A stretch of DNA of 12,965 bases from the NCBI GenBank assembly GCA_031367385.1, contig JANLPS010000339.1, positions 1 to 12,965 on the forward strand. Reading direction: 5' to 3'. This document shows positions 7,261 through 12,965 of the stretch, piece by piece. Both the position numbers and the translations under genes were made by a program. Below the pieces are notes generated by a model. That model had not been told where the DNA came from. It made no database searches and saw only the letters and a program-made list of their open reading frames with translations. Origin of the DNA: Archangium sp. (GTDB lineage: Bacteria > Myxococcota > Myxococcia > Myxococcales > Myxococcaceae). The first letter of the stretch is position 1. The number at the start of each line of letters is the position of its first letter.

Positions 7261-7721
7261 GGGCTTTCGTCGCGCTGGGCTCGAACCTGGGCGATCGCCC
7301 GGCCAACTTGCGCGCGGCCAGCCATGCGCTCGACGGGTTGACCCACACCAAGGTCACCGCGCAGTCGGCGATTCACGAGACCACCGCGGTGCTGCCGGCC
7401 GAAGACCCCACGCCGCAGCCGGCCTACTTGAACTCCGTCGTCGAGCTCGAGACCGAGCTGTCGGCCGAGGGGCTCCATGCCGAGCTCAAAGCCATCGAGA
7501 CCCGCTTGGGTCGCACCAGCAGTACCCGCTGGGCGCCACGGGTCATCGACCTCGATTTGCTGTTCGTGGGCGACCAGGTGGTGTCGACCCCTGCCCTGAC
7601 GGTGCCGCACCCGCGCCTGCACGAGCGCCGGTTCGTGCTCGAGCCGATGGTCGAGCTGGCGCCTGACTTTCAGCACCCGGTGCTGCAGCGCTCGATGCGC
7701 CAGTTGCTCAACGCGCTTTGA
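7257..7721 (+). CDS. folK: 2-amino-4-hydroxy-6-hydroxymethyldihydropteridine diphosphokinase (HPPK)
   Basis: ALGSNLG, YLNSV, IETRLGR...RWAPRVIDLDLL, PHPRLHERRFVLEP. GTGA overlap with the FAH stop. Confidence 0.95.
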   Translation: MRAFVALGSNLGDRPANLRAASHALDGLTHTKVTAQSAIHETTAVLPAEDPTPQPAYLNSVVELETELSAEGLHAELKAIETRLGRTSSTRWAPRVIDLDLLFVGDQVVSTPALTVPHPRLHERRFVLEPMVELAPDFQHPVLQRSMRQLLNAL

Positions 7722-9051
7722 ATGACTCCTCGGTCTCGACGACCCGGAGCCTGCCTGCGCCCGCGTCGACGAACCGCTCTGGCACCAACACCCGGCCCAT
7801 CTCGTTGCCGAGAAACGTACCGTCGGTGAACTTGTACATGTAGTCACCGACGCGGTCGAAGCTCACCGTGACGGTCGCGCCCGGAGTGAAGTCTGTCGCG
7901 CAATCAGGCTGCGTCTCCAACCGCCCAACGAGCTCGTCTTTCACGAAGCGCCGAACGTCAATCCACATCCACTCGGTGGAGTTAGCACCGCACGGAAACG
8001 AGGCCTTCACGAGCAGGACATCGCGGTCTGGCAGCCCCTTTGTGACCTTCGCTTCATACGACCTGAGCGCCTTGCGCGCCCGCTCCTGAGCGGCCATCAC
8101 CCTGGGGTCATCGGCGTGAATATCGACTGAGGCGTCTGAGCTGCCGAACACCGCCGTCATCGCCTGGTCGATGCACTCGCCGGGCTCGTGGCACTTCACG
8201 TCGGGAAAGGTGACCACATACGGGTCGGGCCGCTTGCCGTTGAGACCGTCGGACTTCACCAAGCGCACGGTGATTTTTTTCTTCGCGCCCTTCATCAGCC
8301 CTCCGGCGATTTGACCGCGGAGCCCCTCGACCTTCACCTCATCGATGTCGACGGTCACCCGCCCATTCGTGTCGATCGGCGCGCCTTCAACCAAACGCTG
8401 CACCAGCAGGTTGATGAAGAGGCCCACTCCGCTGGCCTGGGCCCGAGAAACGTCCATCACGACGAGGTCTTGGAGCCCGAGGCGGCTGAGGCCTCCGGTG
8501 TCGAGCATGAACAACCCGTCGTCTTGCGGCACCATGTGCACCATGAAATGCAACGGAGTCGAGGGCAGCCCATCGACCCACCCGTCATCGAGGCGCCGCT
8601 GCCAGGTGGTCTCGGTGAAGAAGCTCACCTGCTGCGGGTCAGCGACCAGCGCGTGCTTCTGCACAATCAATTGCCCGATGATTTTCTCGGCTGACCTGAG
8701 GCCCTCGAGCTCGCTGGCCGGCCAGTGGAACGTGACAGCGGCGATCTTCGAGGCGGCCTTGACGCGCTCCCGGTCGGCGCTCTCGAGTCTTCGGCTCGCC
8801 TCGTCGACACCCTCGCTGAGCATGTACAGGTCTCGTGCTGGGCGTGCCTCGACCTGCACTCGCCGGGTGGCGGTGGCGAAGGCGTCGGCGAGCGCTTTGA
8901 TTGACCGATCTGCGGGCTCGTCGACCACCACGGCGACCTCGAGTGAGGCCTCTGAAAACCGCGGGGTCTCAACGGGCGCCGGGGCGGGCTTCTTCGCGCA
9001 TGACATCAAGCTGCACGCCACCCACGCCAACGCCAGTCGAGTCGAGGTCAT
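7708..9051 (-). CDS. Putative lipoprotein with C-terminal DUF2314 (YegJ-like) domain, ~447 aa
   Basis: ATG at 9051 gives MTSTRLALAWVACSLMSC, a plausible lipoprotein signal followed by a Pro-rich linker. The C-terminal DDPRVMAAQERARKAL...VKASF...EWMWIDV...GRLETQP...VGDYMY...GNEMGRVL follows the DUF2314 pattern. Confidence 0.75.
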   Translation of the reverse strand: MTSTRLALAWVACSLMSCAKKPAPAPVETPRFSEASLEVAVVVDEPADRSIKALADAFATATRRVQVEARPARDLYMLSEGVDEASRRLESADRERVKAASKIAAVTFHWPASELEGLRSAEKIIGQLIVQKHALVADPQQVSFFTETTWQRRLDDGWVDGLPSTPLHFMVHMVPQDDGLFMLDTGGLSRLGLQDLVVMDVSRAQASGVGLFINLLVQRLVEGAPIDTNGRVTVDIDEVKVEGLRGQIAGGLMKGAKKKITVRLVKSDGLNGKRPDPYVVTFPDVKCHEPGECIDQAMTAVFGSSDASVDIHADDPRVMAAQERARKALRSYEAKVTKGLPDRDVLLVKASFPCGANSTEWMWIDVRRFVKDELVGRLETQPDCATDFTPGATVTVSFDRVGDYMYKFTDGTFLGNEMGRVLVPERFVDAGAGRLRVVETEESFKAR

Positions 9052-9072
9052 GAGCGAGTGCCTAACCGAATG

Positions 9073-9090
9073 CCCGCGAGTACTCACGGG
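9073..9090. promoter_or_regulatory. 18-bp near-perfect palindrome in a divergent intergenic region (candidate operator)
   Basis: CCCG-c-GAGTACTC-a-CGGG: 8 of 9 pairs symmetric, roughly midway between the ATGs at 9051 (-) and 9117 (+). Confidence 0.4.
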
Positions 9091-9116
9091 GCTTCAGCTG
9101 TGCTACCCCGAGCACC

Positions 9117-10244
9117 ATGGTTTGGTTGCTCATCGCTGTAGTGCTCTCGCAGACGCCTCCAGCACCGACGGCCGACGAGCTGCTGAAGAAGCTCGACGCG
9201 CAGCCTGAGCTCAAGGGCCGCGACAAGCCGTTTGAGATCAGCGTCTCGCTCGCCAGGCTGTACTTCGGCCAGGGGCGCTACCGTGAGGCCATCTCGTTCT
9301 ACGCGCAGGCCACCGCCAAGGCCGCGGCGACCCGGGCGTTGTATGAGACGTTGCGCAAGCAGCCCGAGAGCGCAGCGGTGCCGGCGGGGTGTGAGGTGAA
9401 CCCGGCCCACGACATGGAGCTGCTCACCAAGAAGGCCCTCGAGAAGCAGGCCGCGAAAGACCTCGTCGGGGCCGCCGGCTGTGTGCGCGCCGCGGTGCAG
9501 CCGTTGCTCGATGTCGAAGTGCAGGTGGGGCACTCGAAGTTTCTCTCGGGCGACCAGGCGGGGGCGCTCGACGCGTACTCGAAGTCATTGGCGACCTTCG
9601 AGAAGAACACCGACGCCCGGTACTCGCGAGCTGCGCTGCTGCTCGACTGGCGGGGTGATGACCTCGCGTCATTGGCCATCGCCAAGGCCGACCTCGAGCG
9701 GGTTCTGGCCGAGGCGCCCAGCGCTTCGAAGGCGCGCGAGGCGAAGCTCTTTCTCGAGCGCACCACAGCGGCGATTGCGGCGGGTGGCGTGAGCAAGCTG
9801 AGCCCGCCGACGACCGTGGTGCGTGCGCCGCCGACTCCAGTGGCGGTGGCTGGGCAGCCTCCGGTGCTGAGTAAAGAAGTGATGGAGGCCTTTCAAAACG
9901 CCCCCCGCACCCCGGAGATGCAAGAGAAATTCTCGAAGGCCCTCGACGACGCCGAGGCCTCGCTCGCGAAGGGGCAATTTCAAGCCGCGCTCGACAGCTA
10001 CAAGACGGTGATGCCCTACCAGCCCGCTAACCCCCGGGTGCGCGCGGGCATGGCCTGGAGCCTCTTCAAGCTTGGCAAGCCGATGGCCGACCGCGTGTGG
10101 GGCGTGGCGACGCAAAACCCCGAGTCGATCGCCGCGCTCGGTGACGCGCTCAAGAAGCAGGGCAACGACGCCGAAGCCAAAGCCGTCTGGGAGCGTCTCG
10201 CCCAATCGGTGCCCCAGTACGCCCCCAAGTTGCAAGGTCGATAA
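9117..10244 (+). CDS. Secreted tetratricopeptide-repeat-like protein, 375 aa
   Basis: Short hydrophobic N-terminus, TPR-like helical pairs (LARLYFGQGRYREAISFY; VGHSKFLSGDQAGALDAYSKSL; AEASLAKGQFQAALDSYKTV; LGDALKKQGNDAEAKAVWERL), and a Pro-rich linker between two helical blocks. Confidence 0.8.
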   Translation: MVWLLIAVVLSQTPPAPTADELLKKLDAQPELKGRDKPFEISVSLARLYFGQGRYREAISFYAQATAKAAATRALYETLRKQPESAAVPAGCEVNPAHDMELLTKKALEKQAAKDLVGAAGCVRAAVQPLLDVEVQVGHSKFLSGDQAGALDAYSKSLATFEKNTDARYSRAALLLDWRGDDLASLAIAKADLERVLAEAPSASKAREAKLFLERTTAAIAAGGVSKLSPPTTVVRAPPTPVAVAGQPPVLSKEVMEAFQNAPRTPEMQEKFSKALDDAEASLAKGQFQAALDSYKTVMPYQPANPRVRAGMAWSLFKLGKPMADRVWGVATQNPESIAALGDALKKQGNDAEAKAVWERLAQSVPQYAPKLQGR

Positions 10245-10272
10245 TCAATCAGCGAAGCGAGGCCCGGCCGCG

Positions 10273-10281
10273 TGATAGCCT
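10273..10281 (+). promoter_or_regulatory. Putative extended -10 promoter element for the terminal operon
   Basis: TG-A-TAGCCT matches TGnTAnnnT and lies 8 nt upstream of ATG 10290. No Shine-Dalgarno in between. Confidence 0.4.
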
Positions 10282-10289
10282 CAGACTGA

Positions 10290-11168
10290 ATGCGAAGGAG
10301 ATGTCTGGGCTTGGTGCTGCTGTTGGTGAGCTGTTACCAATTCGAGTTCCCTCAACACTTCATCGAGCTCCCGCCTCGGCCTGACGGAGGCTCGGTGCTG
10401 CCCGACGGGCAAACGCCTGACGAGTCATACACCTCGTGCCCGCTGATGAGCGTCGGGGCGCTGGGTGATGGCGGTGTGGTGCCGAGGTTCGATTCGGTCA
10501 CTCTCGACCTCGCCACGAGCATCGGCTTGGTGGGCTTCCCCTCCGCCATTCCCGTGGGGTGCGTCGAGCCGATGACCGCCGTGGCGAGGCTCGGCAAGAC
10601 GCCGGTCGCGCCCCAGCCTCGCTTCGGCTTCTCGTCGTCGAATGCGAGCGTGTTGACCGTCGATGAGCGGGGTCAGGTCACCGGCGTCAACCCTGGTGTC
10701 GTGGTGGTCGACCTCGACGCCGGGGTACCGTTCAGCGCAGCCAGACAGGTCTGGGTCGGTGGTGACGCGACGCTCTCGCTGACTCCAGGCACGTCGTACG
10801 CCGGCTTCACCACGCCGCTGCACGCGACGGCGACAGCGGGCACGATCACCGGCCCGATGGGCAACTCGAACATCACGGCCCACTTCTCGATGCGCCAAGG
10901 CACCGGCCTCGACGCGGTGGAGCGCTCCCTCGTGCTGCAATTCATCGGCGCCGACCTCGAGCTCGGGCAGACGCCGCTGGCGAACATCACGTACCGCGAG
11001 TTCGGTGAGCGCCTGCCGAACCGGGTTCGCGACTTCACCACCAAGCAAGACGTCGCGCTCGAGAGCGTGTCGAATCGCACCGTTCGCTTCGGCTTCACGG
11101 CCCTCGAGCTCACCGGGGCCAACGGGTCGGTGAAGATCACCGGCCATCTGGAATTTACCGCCCCATGA
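10290..11168 (+). CDS. Putative lipoprotein with a bacterial Ig-like (Big_2-type) segment, 292 aa
   Basis: MRRRCLGLVLLLVSC lipoprotein signal. FSSSNASVLTVDERGQVTGVNPG matches the Big_2 pattern (W/F-SSS-x-x-x-V-x-TVD-x-x-G-x-VT-x-x-x-x-G). The C-terminal half is beta-rich. Confidence 0.7.
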   Translation: MRRRCLGLVLLLVSCYQFEFPQHFIELPPRPDGGSVLPDGQTPDESYTSCPLMSVGALGDGGVVPRFDSVTLDLATSIGLVGFPSAIPVGCVEPMTAVARLGKTPVAPQPRFGFSSSNASVLTVDERGQVTGVNPGVVVVDLDAGVPFSAARQVWVGGDATLSLTPGTSYAGFTTPLHATATAGTITGPMGNSNITAHFSMRQGTGLDAVERSLVLQFIGADLELGQTPLANITYREFGERLPNRVRDFTTKQDVALESVSNRTVRFGFTALELTGANGSVKITGHLEFTAP

Positions 11169-12259
11169 CCTTGCGCTGCTCGAAGCAACTGACCTGTCTT
11201 CTCCTCGTGTTTTCGACTGTGGTTTGGTCACAGGAGCCCGAGTCGAAGGCGACCGATGCGCCGACGACGCCGGCGCCGGCAGCGGTGGCCTCGCCTCCGC
11301 CGACCCTCACCCCGGCGGCACCCCTGCCGCAAGCCAAGCCCTTCGTGACCAGCGCCTTTGCCTACGGCGCACGCCGCGCGTGGTTCAACGGCACCCGGTT
11401 GCTGGGCGGGGGGCTGTACTACCAGGGCGGCCTCGTTCAGGGGCTGGGTGGGTATGTGCGGGCCGACGGCATGGCCCCCTTCACCATGAGCGGCGTGCGC
11501 CTCGTCGAGCGCCACGGCTTCGTCTCGACCGCGCTGGTCAAGGTGTTGGGCTTTGCCCTCGTGTTGGTCGGCGTGGTGGGCGCGGCGAGCGCCAACAGCA
11601 CCACGACCTATGAGGGCTACTACACCGACGGCGGCCGTACCTTCGTGGTCGAGAAAGAGACCATCTCGGTGAATTCGACCCAGGCGGCGGCCTTTCAGTC
11701 AGACGTCGCGGCGCTCGAAAACACCGTCGACTCGATCGGCCCCGGGCAAGTGGAGGCCACGAACGACTTCGGGAGTGGCCTCTGGGCAGACTTCACCCTC
11801 TTCGACCCGCACCTGGCGCTCCTCAATCGAGACGCTCCAGGCGCGACCGGGTACGACCTCAGCTTCGGCACCGACTTCAGGGTGGCCACGCTGTTTGGGC
11901 TCCCGTTGGTGCTCGACGTGGGCCTCGCGATGGCGAGCATTCGCGCGCCGCGCACCAACAGCTCGGAGCACAAAACCTACCTCTACGACTGCTTCGGCCT
12001 GATGGCTCGTCTGCACGTGCCGCTCTCGAAGTTCGTGACCTTCTCAATCGACTGGACGCTCAACTTCCTCGCCCTGGGGTACCTCACCGCGCCCGACGCA
12101 CTGGTGGCCGATGGGCGGGTCGTCTCGATGCCGCTGCGCGCCAACCTCGAGTTGCACCTGACCGATCGCTTCTTCGCCCGAGGCTCAGCGGTACTGGGCG
12201 GCCTGGGGTTCTCCGATGGCAAGCTCGGCGTGGGGCTCGACGTGGGCGTGCGCTTGTGA
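11165..12259 (+). CDS. Hypothetical secreted protein, probable outer-membrane beta-barrel, 364 aa
   Basis: Signal-peptide-like N-terminus, Pro/Ala/Thr linker, alternating strands (YDLSFGTDF, LMARLHVPL, FVTFSIDW, LRANLELHLTDRFFARGSAVL), final strand LGVGLDVGVRL. ATGA overlap with the upstream gene. Confidence 0.65.
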   Translation: MTLRCSKQLTCLLLVFSTVVWSQEPESKATDAPTTPAPAAVASPPPTLTPAAPLPQAKPFVTSAFAYGARRAWFNGTRLLGGGLYYQGGLVQGLGGYVRADGMAPFTMSGVRLVERHGFVSTALVKVLGFALVLVGVVGAASANSTTTYEGYYTDGGRTFVVEKETISVNSTQAAAFQSDVAALENTVDSIGPGQVEATNDFGSGLWADFTLFDPHLALLNRDAPGATGYDLSFGTDFRVATLFGLPLVLDVGLAMASIRAPRTNSSEHKTYLYDCFGLMARLHVPLSKFVTFSIDWTLNFLALGYLTAPDALVADGRVVSMPLRANLELHLTDRFFARGSAVLGGLGFSDGKLGVGLDVGVRL

Positions 12260-12965
12260 GAGCGCTCGTGTGCCTGCTGGTGATCACCGCTGCCGGGGCG
12301 GCGCGCGCCGACGAGGGGTCGCTGCTGCGCAACCGCTATCTCGACAAGCTCTTCGCCGTGTACGGGGTCGGGAGCTACACGTTGGGCTCAGACGCGAGCC
12401 TGGTGAATGCGCAAGCGCGGCCCTATCGCCGCTATGCCGGCGCGGTGGGGCTCGGCTTCGGCACGCAGTGGCTGCTGACCAGCTTCGGCGCGCTCGCGGG
12501 CTTCGAAGCGGAGCTCGAGCTGGGCGCGGCGAGCGGTAACTTTCACGCTGACGGCGTCACACGCTACAACTGGCCGAAGCCAGACGCCGCTGACAACCCG
12601 ACCTTCGGGCTCTCTGTGAGAGCCAACGGGCACCTGAACGTCTCACCCATCTGGTTTCGCTTCTCTGATGACTCGGGTCTTCGGCTGTCGCTGCTGGCGG
12701 GGCTGGCCTTCGACTGGCTGGCGACCGAAGCGTGGAATCAAGTGGGCACCATCGATATTGGAGCTCAGATGTTGCTGCGCGTTGGCGGCTTCGGGGTCAC
12801 CGCCACCGGCCTCTACACGCCGCCCCAAGGCAACGACTGGAACCTCGCTCGTCTGACCGGCACGCTGACCCTCTGCTTCGGGCAATTCGTGCTCGGCGGC
12901 CGCTACGTCTTGAGCAACGGCAGGCCTAACGTGGCGACCGAGGCACGCCCGCTGGGGCTGGTCGC
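12256..12965 (+). CDS. Partial hypothetical secreted protein, probable beta-barrel (runs off the window; not in ORF track)
   Basis: GTG at 12256 overlaps the upstream stop (GTGA) and the frame is open to the window end: MRALVCLLVITAAGAARA-DEGSLLRNRYLDKLFAVYGVGSY...GAVGLGFGTQW...GFEAELELG...FGLSVRANGHLNV...LRLSLLAGLAFDW...RLTGTLTLCFGQFVLGGRYV. Signal peptide ends in A-R-A. Confidence 0.72.
   Translation, partial: MRALVCLLVITAAGAARADEGSLLRNRYLDKLFAVYGVGSYTLGSDASLVNAQARPYRRYAGAVGLGFGTQWLLTSFGALAGFEAELELGAASGNFHADGVTRYNWPKPDAADNPTFGLSVRANGHLNVSPIWFRFSDDSGLRLSLLAGLAFDWLATEAWNQVGTIDIGAQMLLRVGGFGVTATGLYTPPQGNDWNLARLTGTLTLCFGQFVLGGRYVLSNGRPNVATEARPLGLV

Noticed and set aside
9052..9087. GTG 9087 start for the DUF2314-like gene
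   Set aside because: Adds 12 mostly polar residues before the signal and leaves only 29 bp for two promoters. ATG 9051 is preferred, though not proven.
8345..9208. 287-aa + strand ORF as alternative to the minus-strand gene
   Set aside because: Ser/Arg/Thr-rich shadow composition, whereas the minus frame has a lipoprotein signal and a DUF2314-like domain.
11249..11340. Low-complexity GC-rich stretch as tandem repeat or array
   Set aside because: It encodes a Pro/Ala/Thr linker and has no fixed repeat unit or spacers.
1..12965. CRISPR array, tRNA/rRNA, IS element, integrase or recognised defence system
   Set aside because: No repeat-spacer periodicity, RNA gene signature, terminal repeats, or nuclease/recombinase motifs were seen, and intergenic gaps are at most about 111 nt.

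Overview
High-GC, gene-dense chromosomal segment with a Myxococcota-like gene content (lineage inferred from gene families, not proven). On the + strand: mutM/fpg coupled to a methylmalonyl-CoA epimerase; then a ~620-aa secreted outer-membrane beta-barrel (TIGR04551-like), a 47-aa LptM/LppL-like lipoprotein missing from the ORF track, lysA, dapA, dapB, an FAH-family hydrolase and folK, nearly all joined by 4-bp start/stop overlaps. A DUF2314-like lipoprotein on the - strand converges on folK and diverges from a secreted TPR-like gene. The window ends in an uncharacterised coupled envelope module: an Ig-like lipoprotein and two putative beta-barrel proteins, the last truncated and not in the ORF track. 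No rRNA, tRNA, CRISPR or mobile-element signature was seen. Best leads: the terminal lipoprotein/two-barrel module, the barrel-lptM-like-lysA coupling, an Fpg with a replaced lesion-capping loop and a basic tail, apparent leaderless promoters at four unit starts, and a palindrome between the divergent genes. All family calls are by eye from motifs; no searches were run.
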